A stretch of DNA of 64,000 bases from an uncultured Eubacteriales bacterium (GTDB taxonomy: Bacteria; Bacillota; Clostridia; Christensenellales; CAG-138), in NCBI GenBank assembly GCA_942492885.1, contig OW818651.1, forward strand, positions 2,479,513-2,543,512, in the 5' to 3' direction. Each line of letters begins with the position of its first letter. Position 1 is the stretch's first letter. This document shows, in pieces, positions 26,073-36,320 of the stretch. Made by a program: the position numbers and the translations under genes. The notes under the pieces were generated by a model. That model saw only the letters and a program-made list of their open reading frames with translations, had not been told where the DNA came from and ran no database searches.

Positions 26073-27221
26073 CTATCTCTTTTTGCCATCCAGCACGCGG
26101 CGCAGGAACGGCACCTTGATTTGAATCGCTCGCTCCGGGCAAAGCTCCTGACAGCAGTAGCAGCGGATGCAGCGCTCGTATTGATAGCTCGGCGGGTTAC
26201 TTTTGTTTCCATCGTGCCAGTCAACCGCCTTGGGTGTCACGGGGCACATCTTCACGCAGATGCCGCACTTGACGCAGCGTTCCGCAAGGATAAACGGCCT
26301 CGGTGTGAGTGCCTGCTTGAGGAAGTTCGGTTGCGGTCGTTTGGACGATTCCTGCTCCGGTTCGCGGTTGACGACGTAATCCTTGGCGACAAACTGCTCC
26401 ATCGGGTCACCAAGCAGGCGGATGTTCTCCGCATGATAGGTGCCCGCTCCCATCTCCTCGCCCGCTAGATTGGTCAGCACCAGCGCGGGGTCAAGGTTCA
26501 TAAGGCGGCACATCGTCGCGTCCAGCGCGATGGGATCGGTGGAAAACAGCAGCACGTTCATCTGCTTCGGGTCGCCGCCGCGCGGGCCGTTGCCCTCCAT
26601 CGCCATGATGCCGTCCATGATGTACAATCTCGGATGCACATACGAGTTGAGGTCGATCAGCATCTTTGCAAAATCATATGCGTCCGGCACCTTGACGTGA
26701 AACTCGCCCTTGAGCGCGCCGGGCACGCAGCCAAACTGGTTTTTAATAGCGCCCGTCACGCGCTGAAACGCGTGCGTCTTCATCTTGGGCAGGCTGATGA
26801 TGCCGTCGCTGTCGAGAACCCCGTTTGCAATCGTAAACTTCTTGTTCTGCTTGCCTTCGGGATAGGAGACGTCCCGTCCCGCGCGAAAATCCGCCAGCGG
26901 GATGTTCATCTGCTCTGCAACCTCGGCGGCGCCCGTCTTTCTCGCGGCGGATTCGGGGGACTGAAACCCCGGCGAATCACCGTAGGAGAGTTGCGCGCCC
27001 GCGTTTTGCAATACGCTCGCCACCGCGCGAAACACGGCGGGATGCGTGGTGACGCATTTCTCCGGTGCATCTCCGGTGAGCCAGTTGAGCTTGAGCAGGA
27101 TTTTCTCGTTCGGCTGAACAAACTTGCCTGCTCCGCCGAGGAGCGAGATGCCCCGCTCGACTGCCGCGAGCACTTCGGCGTCTTTATAACTCCCGCAGGA
27201 GATGATTGCTACATCAGACAT
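26073..27221 (-). CDS. DUF362 domain protein with C-terminal 2x[4Fe-4S] ferredoxin domain
   Basis: ILLKLNWL, THPAVF, ISLPKMKTH, GAIKNQFGC, IMDGIMAMEGNGP; CVKCGICVKMCP and CIRCYCCQELCP. Start MSDVAII. Confidence 0.85.
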   Translation of the reverse strand: MSDVAIISCGSYKDAEVLAAVERGISLLGGAGKFVQPNEKILLKLNWLTGDAPEKCVTTHPAVFRAVASVLQNAGAQLSYGDSPGFQSPESAARKTGAAEVAEQMNIPLADFRAGRDVSYPEGKQNKKFTIANGVLDSDGIISLPKMKTHAFQRVTGAIKNQFGCVPGALKGEFHVKVPDAYDFAKMLIDLNSYVHPRLYIMDGIMAMEGNGPRGGDPKQMNVLLFSTDPIALDATMCRLMNLDPALVLTNLAGEEMGAGTYHAENIRLLGDPMEQFVAKDYVVNREPEQESSKRPQPNFLKQALTPRPFILAERCVKCGICVKMCPVTPKAVDWHDGNKSNPPSYQYERCIRCYCCQELCPERAIQIKVPFLRRVLDGKKR

Positions 27222-27350
27222 GGTGTTTCCCTTCTTGTGATCGAGGTTTGTGTTTCGGAATATGTTGGAACGCACTTGCGCACCGTTTGCATTCAGTGTA
27301 ACGCGGAAGTGTTGCGCAATCAAACAAAATATTCCAAAGCCACGGTGAAC

Positions 27351-27386
27351 AAAAAAAGATGCTGCCGGAACCCGACAGCATCTCTT
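27351..27386 (-). terminator. Intrinsic terminator after araD
   Basis: Minus strand agatgctgtcgg-gtt-ccggcagcatct-T run. Confidence 0.8.
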
Positions 27387-27408
27387 GACGTTAGTAGCGA
27401 GGGAAAGA

Positions 27409-28104
27409 TCAGTGTTTCCCCTGCCCGTAATAGGCATTCTTGCCGTGCTTTCTCAGATAATGCTTGTCCAGTAGGGCGGGGTTGAGCTTTGCGTTTGGCG
27501 AGAGCGCGAGCGTGTGCCACGCCATCATGGCGGCTTCTTCGAGCACCGCCGCATGATAAACTGCGTCATTTGCATCCTTGCCCCAGGTGAACGGCCCGTG
27601 CTCCTGCACGAGAATCGCGGGCATGGCGGCGGGGTCGATGCCCTGCATGGTCTCCACGATGACGTTGCCGGTTTCAAGCTCGTATGCGGTCTGAATCTCG
27701 CTGTTGGTCAGCGGGCGGGTGAGCGGCACGTCGCCGTAGAAATAATCCGCGTGGGTGGTGCCAAGCGCGGGGACACAACGCCCGGCTTGCGCGAAGATCG
27801 TCGCCCATCTAGAGTGGGTGTGCACCACGCCGCCGATATTTGGGAACGCGCGATAGAGTACGAGGTGCGTCGGCGTATCGGAGGAGGGTTTCAGCGCTCC
27901 CTCGACGACTTTGCCGGTTGCGAGTTCCACACAGACCATGTCTTCCGCGCGCATGGCGTCATAGGTTACACCGGAAGGCTTGATGACCACGATGCCGCTT
28001 TCGCGGTCGATGGCGCTGACGTTACCCCATGTGAACGCGACGAGGTTGAGTTTCGGCAGCTGCAAATTGGCTTCCAGCACCTGTTGTTTGAGAGATTCTA
28101 ACAT
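27409..28104 (-). CDS. araD: L-ribulose-5-phosphate 4-epimerase
   Basis: [46 protein letters not shown]. Confidence 0.96.
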   Translation of the reverse strand: MLESLKQQVLEANLQLPKLNLVAFTWGNVSAIDRESGIVVIKPSGVTYDAMRAEDMVCVELATGKVVEGALKPSSDTPTHLVLYRAFPNIGGVVHTHSRWATIFAQAGRCVPALGTTHADYFYGDVPLTRPLTNSEIQTAYELETGNVIVETMQGIDPAAMPAILVQEHGPFTWGKDANDAVYHAAVLEEAAMMAWHTLALSPNAKLNPALLDKHYLRKHGKNAYYGQGKH

Positions 28105-28129
28105 AGGAATTTCTTCCTCCGATCTAGAT

Positions 28130-28222
28130 TAGATTAATACGTCTGTACGGCAGCGCGCTCCACGGAGAAGTTCTTTTCTTGAATAGATTAATACGCCTGT
28201 ACGGCAGCGCGCTCTACGGAGA
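28130..28222. repeat. 39-bp duplication of the araB 3' end
   Basis: 28130-28168 vs 28184-28222, 2 mismatches; includes the stop codon. Confidence 0.92.
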
Positions 28223-29786
28223 GACTCGCTTTATAGTGCTCCATAAACGCGGCAAACCCCGCGGCTTCCGCTTCGGTTGCCGCAACGGTGACGCTCTTTG
28301 CCCCGTTGAACACCCGTTCGGTGAGATAGTTTGAGAGCGATTCGTCTGAAGATTTGTTCTTTAAGAATGCCGCGAGCACCGCCATGCCCCACGGCCCGCC
28401 CTCGCCTGCCGTCTCCATGACGGTGACGGGGGTGCCGAGCGCTGCGGACATGATCTTCTGCCCGATGCCTTCTGCTTTAAAGAAGCCGCCATGTCCGGTC
28501 ATCGCGTCGAGCTCAACATGTTCCGCGTCGAGGATGTCCATGCCGATGCGCAAGGATGCGCAGGCGGAGGTCAGGTGCGCGCGCATGACATTAGCGAGTG
28601 TGAACGCCGCGTCCGGCTTGCGGAAGAGCAGCGGGCGGCCTTCGTCAAGGTTGGTCACCGGTTCCCCGGAGAGATAGTTAAACGCCATGATGCCGCCGCA
28701 ATCGGGCGTGCCTTCCAGCGCTTTTTTGTACATCGTCTGGTAGAGCGTGCGCTCGTCATATTCCGCACCCAGCGCCGTTGCCGCCTCGCCAAAGAGGCGA
28801 ATCCACGCGTCGATATCGCTCGTGCAGTTGTTGCAGTGCACCATCGCGACCGGATCGCCCGCGGGCGTGGTCACCATGTCCACCTCGGTATAATAGCGCG
28901 AGAGCGCTTTTTCCAGCACCAGCATGGCAAACACGCTCGTGCCCGCGCTGACGTTGCCCGTGCGCTGCTGCACGGCGTTGGTCGCGACCATGCCTGTACC
29001 CGCGTCACCCTCCGGCGGGCAGAAGGGGATGCCAGCGACAAGCGTTCCCGTCGGGTCGACAAGTTTCGCGCCGTCGGATGTGAGGCTTCCGGCAGCCGTG
29101 CCTGCGGGGAGGAGCTTTGGCAGCACGGCGGAGATGTTCCAGCCGTAGCCGCTCTCTTTGACGAGCTGCTGGAACGAATCCAGCATGGTTGCGTCATAGG
29201 CAAGATTGACGGAGTCGATCGGGAACATGCCGGAGCCGTCGCCGATGCCGATCACCTTTTCGCCCGTGAGGCGATAGTGAATATAGCCCGCAAGCGTGGT
29301 TAAAAACGCGACGGAGCTCACGTGGCTTTCGCGGTTGAGCATCGCCTGACACAGGTGTGCTATGCTCCAGCGCTGCGGAATGTTGAAGCCGAACCGCTTG
29401 GATAATAGGTCTGCGGCCTGACCCGTCGTGGTGTTGCGCCAGGTGCGAAACGGTGCCAGCAACTTGCCACTAGCATCAAACGCGAGATAGCCGTGCATCA
29501 TCGCGGAGACGCCCATCGCGCCCACGCGCGTGAGCGGCACGCCATATGTTTTCTGCACATTTATCGCGAGTTTGGCATATGCGTCCTGAAGACCCGCGAA
29601 CACATCCTCCATCGAGTACGTCCAGAATCCGCCGTCGAGCCGGTTCTCCCAGTTGTGCCCGCCGGAGGCAAGCACGGCGTGGTCGCGATCGATCAGCACC
29701 GCCTTGATGCGCGTGGAGCCAAATTCGATGCCGAGATACGTTTCTGCGCCGCTGATTTTTGCGGCCGTGTTGGTTTCCTGCGTCAT
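28188..29786 (-). CDS. araB: FGGY-family kinase, probable L-ribulokinase
   Basis: LGIEFGSTRIKA, WRNTTT, PPEGDAGTGM, GNVSAGTS, GHGGFFK, EGGPWGMA; located between araR and araD. Start MTQET. Confidence 0.85.
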   Translation of the reverse strand: MTQETNTAAKISGAETYLGIEFGSTRIKAVLIDRDHAVLASGGHNWENRLDGGFWTYSMEDVFAGLQDAYAKLAINVQKTYGVPLTRVGAMGVSAMMHGYLAFDASGKLLAPFRTWRNTTTGQAADLLSKRFGFNIPQRWSIAHLCQAMLNRESHVSSVAFLTTLAGYIHYRLTGEKVIGIGDGSGMFPIDSVNLAYDATMLDSFQQLVKESGYGWNISAVLPKLLPAGTAAGSLTSDGAKLVDPTGTLVAGIPFCPPEGDAGTGMVATNAVQQRTGNVSAGTSVFAMLVLEKALSRYYTEVDMVTTPAGDPVAMVHCNNCTSDIDAWIRLFGEAATALGAEYDERTLYQTMYKKALEGTPDCGGIMAFNYLSGEPVTNLDEGRPLLFRKPDAAFTLANVMRAHLTSACASLRIGMDILDAEHVELDAMTGHGGFFKAEGIGQKIMSAALGTPVTVMETAGEGGPWGMAVLAAFLKNKSSDESLSNYLTERVFNGAKSVTVAATEAEAAGFAAFMEHYKASLSVERAAVQAY

Positions 29787-29824
29787 AACATGCCTCGATT
29801 CTAAATAATATTGAATAGTTGAAG

Positions 29825-29868
29825 AATAATCGATGTTGAAAAATAATCGATGTTGAAAAACAATCGAT
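29825..29868. repeat. 17-bp tandem repeat (about 2.6 copies)
   Basis: aataatcgatgttgaaa x2 + aacaatcgat. Confidence 0.9.
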
Positions 29869-29880
29869 ACAGAAGAAAAT

Positions 29881-30927
29881 TCAGCGGCTGCTGTCCTTTT
29901 CGACCAGCGTCCAGCGCAGCGTTTGCGATGCCGCGGGTTTGCCCGCGATGCAGGAGAGCAACGTTTCCGCCGCAACGTGGCCGATGTTCTGCCCGCCATA
30001 GGACAGCGAAGTGATCTTAACCGGGCTGAGGTCGCTGAGGCTGCTGTTGTCAAAGCTTGCCACCGCGACATCCTGTGGCACGTGGATGCCGTGCGAGAGC
30101 AATAGCGGAATCAGGCGAAACGCAACCTCATCGTTGTAGCAAACGACGGCGGAGCATTCCGCGATCTTCTTTGCGAGCTCTTCGGTAAAGAGTTCCTCGC
30201 GGCTCTCGGTCGTATACCAGAACACCGAGCTGTCGGGAATCATCCGCCCCGCGTCGCGAAGCGCCGTGATGTAGCCCGAATATCGCTCGTGGCCCTGAAT
30301 ATCGTCGCTCTTGAAGATGCCCGCGATAGAATCGTGGCCTTTTTTCAAAAGATGCTGCACGAGCTCGTATCCGCCGCCGAAGTTATCGGCATAAACGCTG
30401 ATCGACCCCGGCAGATCGGCATAAAACCCGTTGAAGAACACGATGGGGATATTGCGCTCCATGAGTTTTTGATACAGATCGAGGTTAGGGTTTGGCAGCG
30501 CGGTCTTCGTGCCCTCGACCAATATGCCGTCGATGGGCTTGCTGAGCAAATCCTGCAAAATCTGCCGCTCGTGATAAACACTGTTGCGCGTGGCGGAGAG
30601 AATCGCGGAATATTGGTTTGCGGCAAACACGCTCTGCGCCTCGCGCAGGATGCCGGGGAAGATATAGTCGCTGATGTAGGTGGCGATGACGGCGATGTTG
30701 CCGCTTCGTAAAGATGCCGCCTGCGCACAAACGCGCGAACCACTGCCGCGCTGTTTTGTGATCAACCCCGCGTCCACCAAAAGGGACAGCGCCTGACGGA
30801 TGGTCTGACGACTTGCGGAAAAACGCTGGGTGAGCTGCTCCTCAGTTGGGAGCATCTCCCCGGCGGGGAGTTGTCCTGTTTTAATTTCGTTTTGCAGTTC
30901 GGTAGCGATGCGCTGATATTTCGGCAT
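29881..30927 (-). CDS. araR: AraR-type repressor (GntR HTH + LacI-type sugar-binding domain)
   Basis: PKYQRI...LPTEEQL...SRQTIRQAL...GSG; YISDYIFP; IDGILVEGTK; divergent from araA. Confidence 0.9.
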   Translation of the reverse strand: MPKYQRIATELQNEIKTGQLPAGEMLPTEEQLTQRFSASRQTIRQALSLLVDAGLITKQRGSGSRVCAQAASLRSGNIAVIATYISDYIFPGILREAQSVFAANQYSAILSATRNSVYHERQILQDLLSKPIDGILVEGTKTALPNPNLDLYQKLMERNIPIVFFNGFYADLPGSISVYADNFGGGYELVQHLLKKGHDSIAGIFKSDDIQGHERYSGYITALRDAGRMIPDSSVFWYTTESREELFTEELAKKIAECSAVVCYNDEVAFRLIPLLLSHGIHVPQDVAVASFDNSSLSDLSPVKITSLSYGGQNIGHVAAETLLSCIAGKPAASQTLRWTLVEKDSSR

Positions 30928-31326
30928 ATGTCCTCGCAATCCTGTTGATCCGGCGCGATAGCAAAATCATAGCGTGATTGTTTTGTTGCGTCAATACAAA
31001 TATGGGATACGTTGGTGAAACAAACGACGGAAACTTTGGTTTTTTGTGAATAACTTTGAGGAGATCTGACTTTGATGGCGCAATTGTAACATAATATCAA
31101 ATAGAATTCAATACAACTTATTAAGCAATAAGATGATAACAATACAAATATTGAGAATCATGCCGAGATTTGACAATAAATATAGTACAAAATGCACATT
31201 CCAATATTGACAGAGGGTTTTTATGGTGTTACGCTTCTGTTAACAAGACAAAACCAATACAAATCCAAAGAATTCCGGATGATACCAACAAACATCATCA
31301 TACAATTTTTTATAAGGAGTGCAAAC

Positions 31327-32805
31327 ATGAGCCTCAAGACGAAGGAAATCTGGTTTATTGTCGGTTCGCAGTTTCTCTACGGGCCAAAGGTGCTGCAGAC
31401 CGTTGCCGCACGCGGACAGGAGATGGCGGACTATATCGATGCGCAGGCGCAAATCCCCTGCCGCTTTGTCTACAAAGGAACCGTGAAGACCGCAGACGAG
31501 ATCGAACAGCTCGTCAAAGAAGCCAACTATTCGGATGCCTGCTGCGGCATCGTGACATGGATGCACACCTTCAGCCCCAGCAAGATGTGGATCAATGGCT
31601 TGAATCTGCTGCAAAAGCCGTATTGCCATTTTGCCACGCAGTATAACCGCGAAATTCCGGATCAGGAAATCGATATGGATTTCATGAACCTCAACCAGGC
31701 GGCGCACGGAGACCGCGAGCACGGCTTTATCGCCACGCGGATGCGTTTTGCGCGCAAGGTCGTTGCGGGATTCTGGCAGGATAAGAGTGTACTCGACGAG
31801 CTTGGCGCATGGATGCGCAGCGCGGTCGGTTACCACGAGAGCAAAAACCTTCGCGTCGTCCGCTTCGGCGACAACATGCGCGAAGTTGCCGTCACCGAAG
31901 GCGACAAGGTCGAGGCACAGATCAAGCTCGGCTGGCAGGTGAACACCTGGCCGGTGGGCGAACTGGTAGACGAGATGAACGCCGTGACCGAGGCCGAGAT
32001 CGACGCACTCATGGCGGAGTATCAGTTGGTTTACGATCTCGCGACCGATCAGATCGATTCCGTGCGCTATCAGGCGCGCGAAGAGATCGCGATGGAGAAG
32101 ATGCTCAAGCGCGTCGGCGCGATGGCATACAGCAATACATTTCAGGATCTTGTCGGCATGCGCCAGCTGCCCGGCCTTGCCAGCCAGCATCTGATGGCGA
32201 AGGGCTACGGCTACGGCGGCGAGGGGGACTGGAAGGTCTCCGCCATGACCCGCATCGTCAAGGCGATGACCCAAGGCATGGACGGCGGCACCGCGTTTAT
32301 GGAAGACTATACCTATCATCTCGCCAAGGACGGCGCCTATTCCCTCGGCGCGCACATGCTCGAAGTCTGCCCGTCGATTGCCGCAACCAAGCCGCGCATC
32401 GAGGTGCATCCGCTCGGCATCGGCGATCGCGAAGCGCCCGCGCGACTCGTGTTTGAAGGCGCGGCAGGCCCCGCCGTCGTCGCCTCCCTTGTGGATATGG
32501 GCGGCAGAATGCGCCTGATCGTGCAGGATGTCGAGGCGATCAAGCCCATCATGAAGATGCCGAATCTGCCGGTTGCCCGCGTCATGTGGCGCGCCATGCC
32601 GGATTTGAATACAGGACTCAAGCTCTGGCTGCTCGCGGGCGGCGCGCATCACACGGTGATGAGCTATGCGGCAAACGCGCAGATGCTTGCCGACTGGGCG
32701 GAGATGATGCAGATCGAGTTTGTGCACATCACCAAGGACAGCACGGTGGAGGCATTCCGTCAGGAGCTATTCCTCGCAGACCTCGCCTGGAAACTCAAAT
32801 CGTAA
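31327..32805 (+). CDS. araA: L-arabinose isomerase
   Basis: VGSQFLYG, WMHTFSPSKMW, NQAAHGDREHG, GYGGEGDWK, LGAHMLE, GGAHHT. Confidence 0.97.
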   Translation: MSLKTKEIWFIVGSQFLYGPKVLQTVAARGQEMADYIDAQAQIPCRFVYKGTVKTADEIEQLVKEANYSDACCGIVTWMHTFSPSKMWINGLNLLQKPYCHFATQYNREIPDQEIDMDFMNLNQAAHGDREHGFIATRMRFARKVVAGFWQDKSVLDELGAWMRSAVGYHESKNLRVVRFGDNMREVAVTEGDKVEAQIKLGWQVNTWPVGELVDEMNAVTEAEIDALMAEYQLVYDLATDQIDSVRYQAREEIAMEKMLKRVGAMAYSNTFQDLVGMRQLPGLASQHLMAKGYGYGGEGDWKVSAMTRIVKAMTQGMDGGTAFMEDYTYHLAKDGAYSLGAHMLEVCPSIAATKPRIEVHPLGIGDREAPARLVFEGAAGPAVVASLVDMGGRMRLIVQDVEAIKPIMKMPNLPVARVMWRAMPDLNTGLKLWLLAGGAHHTVMSYAANAQMLADWAEMMQIEFVHITKDSTVEAFRQELFLADLAWKLKS

Positions 32806-33258
32806 AGACGGGTTTCGGGCATTCCCAACACGCTATTTTCTAAGCGTCGGCTTTTTTTCATTTGGGTTCTTTCCTCTTTCCGCTCACAGGGGCGGGCGGT
32901 TACAGGCCCGCCTGCCCCAAACAGCGGACAAAACAGAACAAAGACAGACGCGACCTTAATATTCGCAACCTTGGAACCATCCAGCCCGACTTTGGTGTTC
33001 AAAAGCCGGGTTTTTTCAACGAAAGAATCCCGTTGCCGATGGCGGCAAAGCAGATGTTCATTCCTGATTCTTGAAGATTTTTGACTAAAACACACTCTTT
33101 TGGCGCGAAAACCTGCTCAACCGAAAAAAACCTACCATTCTCAAAGAATTACCTATTGGCGAAGCGCGAAATATGGTGAATAATATATGGGGCAGTATGC
33201 ACATCTGAATTGATCCTTTTCATACCCGTTCACAACACTCTCCAGAAGGGAAGATCCG

Positions 33259-34875
33259 ATGTTCAAGGTCTTTCTTGTCGAAGATGAAATCGTAGTACGC
33301 GAAGGGATTCGCAAAAACATCCAATGGGAGCAGTATGGCTTTTCCTATGCCGGCGATGCGCCGGACGGAGAGCTTGCGCTTCCTTTAATTCGTCAGATTC
33401 AACCCGATCTATTGATCACCGATATTAAAATGCCGTTCATGGACGGGCTTGCATTGAGCGAGCTGGTTCGTAAGGAGTTGCCGCGCACAAAGATCGTCAT
33501 CATCAGCGGATATGACGATTTTAACTATGCGCAGCAGGCCATTCGCATGGGCGTGGAGCAATATCTGCTCAAACCCGTGATCAAGGAAAAGATGGTAGAC
33601 CTGCTCATCTCGCTGCAAAAAAAGATGGAAGCCGAGCAGCAGCAGCGCGAGTATCTTTCGATGTTTCAGAGAGAGGCGCAGGAATATGAGGCGTTCTCAC
33701 GCCGACGGTTTTTTGAGCAGATCGTCACCGGAGGCTTGAGCGTTTCGGAGATCTCCGAAACCGCAAAGTCGATGGAGATCGACCTCAACGCGCCGGGCTA
33801 TAACATCCTTCTCTTCTCGCTCAGCAGCGCGGCATACGACGGCAGTGCGCCGGAAGGATACACGGACGCACTGGCTAAATTGCAGGATCGCGTGACGCAT
33901 TATTTCCTTTCGCGCGCGGAGCTGATCTTGTTTCGCTGGAACATCACGACCCACGCGGTGCTGATCAAAGGCGGCGCGGAGGAGATTATATCCCGCACGG
34001 CGGAGTGTGTCTGGGGCATTCAGGCGCTCTGCGAAGAGGCGGGACACGAGGTCAACTGGCACATCGCCTGCGGGTCCCCCGTCGCGCGGCTCAGCGCACT
34101 GCCCGCCTGTTTTTCCGAGGCGAGCCGCATTCATTCCTATCGTTATCTTTGCCCGACGGAGCATATCCTCACCGAGGAGAGCATACAGAGTATTCGGTCA
34201 TCGCGTGCCGCCGCGGCGGAGCCGGGCAAGCCGGAGATCGATCAGGAGCGGGTGCGTTGCTTCTTTAGCAGCGGCTCTTCCGAGGAGATCGACCCGTTTA
34301 TCGACCAGCTCCTGCGCAGCGCGGGCGAGGAGGGGATTTCGATCTCCATGTATTGCCGCTATCTGACCATGACGGTCTATTTTGCGGCGGCTGCCTATCT
34401 TGACTCCATCGGCTGCCACGCGGACAGCTTCTGGCCGCCGGAACTCCGCCCAAAGGATAATATTTCAACGCCCGACGAGGCGCGCAACTATATTCGCCAG
34501 ATCATGCTGCACGCAATCCGCCTGCGCGACCGAGAGAGCAGAAAACAGCAGAGGGACTTGCTCAACAAGGCGATCGGCTTTATCGACGAGCACTATCCGG
34601 AGGAGACGATCTCGCTGGATAAGGTCGCCCAGAAGGTGAACATCAGCCCGAACTATTTCTCAGCGATGTTCAGCCAGGAGATCGGGCAGACTTTCGTTGA
34701 ATACCTCACCGGCAAGCGCATCAGCGAGGCAAAGCGTATGCTCCGGCAGACGGATATGCGCTCTAGCGAGATCGCGTTTGCGGTTGGATTTAGAGACTCG
34801 CACTATTTCAGCTTTGTGTTTAAAAAAGTATCGGGTTGCACGCCCAGCGAATACCGCAGAGGTGACAAACGGTGA
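33259..34875 (+). CDS. YesN-type response regulator (REC + AraC HTH)
   Basis: VEDE...LITDIKMP...SGYDDF...YLLKP; C-terminal ISPNYFS...AVGFRDSHYFS...TPSEYR. Confidence 0.92.
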   Translation: MFKVFLVEDEIVVREGIRKNIQWEQYGFSYAGDAPDGELALPLIRQIQPDLLITDIKMPFMDGLALSELVRKELPRTKIVIISGYDDFNYAQQAIRMGVEQYLLKPVIKEKMVDLLISLQKKMEAEQQQREYLSMFQREAQEYEAFSRRRFFEQIVTGGLSVSEISETAKSMEIDLNAPGYNILLFSLSSAAYDGSAPEGYTDALAKLQDRVTHYFLSRAELILFRWNITTHAVLIKGGAEEIISRTAECVWGIQALCEEAGHEVNWHIACGSPVARLSALPACFSEASRIHSYRYLCPTEHILTEESIQSIRSSRAAAAEPGKPEIDQERVRCFFSSGSSEEIDPFIDQLLRSAGEEGISISMYCRYLTMTVYFAAAAYLDSIGCHADSFWPPELRPKDNISTPDEARNYIRQIMLHAIRLRDRESRKQQRDLLNKAIGFIDEHYPEETISLDKVAQKVNISPNYFSAMFSQEIGQTFVEYLTGKRISEAKRMLRQTDMRSSEIAFAVGFRDSHYFSFVFKKVSGCTPSEYRRGDKR

Positions 34876-36320
34876 TCGAAAACACGAGCTGGACGGCGAA
34901 AACCGCAAAGACGACCATGCAGAAAAAGCTCTGGAAGATGATCCTCATCGTCACGATACCGTTGATGCTGATCATCATTCTTGTCGTGGGCATCGGCATC
35001 GGCTACGGTCTGCAATACAACTCCATCCTCAACAACGTCACCACCGCCTCGGACTTCAACCGCGCATTTACCGATAACATCAAGACCAAGATGTATTATT
35101 TCGTGATCGACAGCCAGTATTCCGAAGGCATGCCGACCGAAGAGGTGAATTCCGCCGAGTCAATCGCAAAAAAGCTCATCGAGACCACCACGGAAAAGGA
35201 CAGCCTACGCGCCATCAACAGCGTGTTGAGCCTTTGCCAAAACCTCGAAGACAAGATGCAGGAGATCGCAGTCACCGAAGGGTATGACTCCCGCATGAGC
35301 CAGCTGAATAACAACATCTATGTCATGGCTGACCTGATTCAGGAATACATGTACACCTATCTGTATTATGAGGCGGTGCATCTGGACGCTCTGCAGTCGA
35401 CCATGATCACCAACATGGTGGTGCTGATGGGCGTTGTTGTCGTGCTGGCGCTGGGGCTATTGTTCTTCCTTTTGAGTTATTCGCGAAAGCTCAGCCGCCG
35501 CATCGTCGACCCCATCGACATGCTCTGTGAGCGTCTGGTCGCCATCGGACGCGGCGGGCTTCTCGTCATGGAGCCGATTCAGGCGGATGTCGAGGAGGTG
35601 CAGCTGCTCTCCGACGGCATCGAGAGCATGGTCGGCCACCTCAAGCGCCTCATCGAGCGCAACACGGAGCAGGAAAAGCAGCGCAGAAAGACCGAGCTTG
35701 CACTGTTGCAGGCGCAGATCAACCCGCATTTTCTCTACAACACACTCGATACCATCATCTGGTTGATCGAGTCCAGTGAAATCAGTGAAGCGGTTGCGAT
35801 GGTGAGCAGTCTCTCCAACTTCTTTCGTTTTTCGCTCAGCCGCGGACAGAACATCATCACGCTCAAAGAGGAGCAGCAGCACATCCGCAGCTATCTGGAG
35901 ATTCAGCACATGCGTTATCGCGACCTGATGGAATACGACATCGACATTCCCGAGGAGCTCAACGCCTATATTCTTCCGAAGCTGACCTTGCAGCCGCTGG
36001 TGGAAAACGCGCTGTATCACGGCATCAAGATCCGCCGCCGGAAGGGGCTGATTCGCGTCAGCGGGCGGATCGAGGATGACCACCTGATTCTCGAGGTCGC
36101 GGACGACGGCTGCGGAATGAGTATTGAGCGGCTCGAAGAGGTGCGCTCCCTGCTCGTCGAAGGCAAAAAAGAAGGCTTTGGCCTGCGCACCGTGCACCAG
36201 CGTATACAGATTCTTTTCGGAACGGAATATGGACTGACGCTTGAGAGCACGCCTGACGTCGGCACCAAGATATTTGTCAAAATCCCCATGCAGACGAGCG
36301 AAAAGGAGATGGGCGCATGA
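34872..36320 (+). CDS. YesM/LytS-type sensor histidine kinase
   Basis: Two TM helices, HAMP, LQAQINPHFLYNTL, LQPLVENALYHG, DDGCG, GFGL. Confidence 0.92.
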   Translation: MIENTSWTAKTAKTTMQKKLWKMILIVTIPLMLIIILVVGIGIGYGLQYNSILNNVTTASDFNRAFTDNIKTKMYYFVIDSQYSEGMPTEEVNSAESIAKKLIETTTEKDSLRAINSVLSLCQNLEDKMQEIAVTEGYDSRMSQLNNNIYVMADLIQEYMYTYLYYEAVHLDALQSTMITNMVVLMGVVVVLALGLLFFLLSYSRKLSRRIVDPIDMLCERLVAIGRGGLLVMEPIQADVEEVQLLSDGIESMVGHLKRLIERNTEQEKQRRKTELALLQAQINPHFLYNTLDTIIWLIESSEISEAVAMVSSLSNFFRFSLSRGQNIITLKEEQQHIRSYLEIQHMRYRDLMEYDIDIPEELNAYILPKLTLQPLVENALYHGIKIRRRKGLIRVSGRIEDDHLILEVADDGCGMSIERLEEVRSLLVEGKKEGFGLRTVHQRIQILFGTEYGLTLESTPDVGTKIFVKIPMQTSEKEMGA

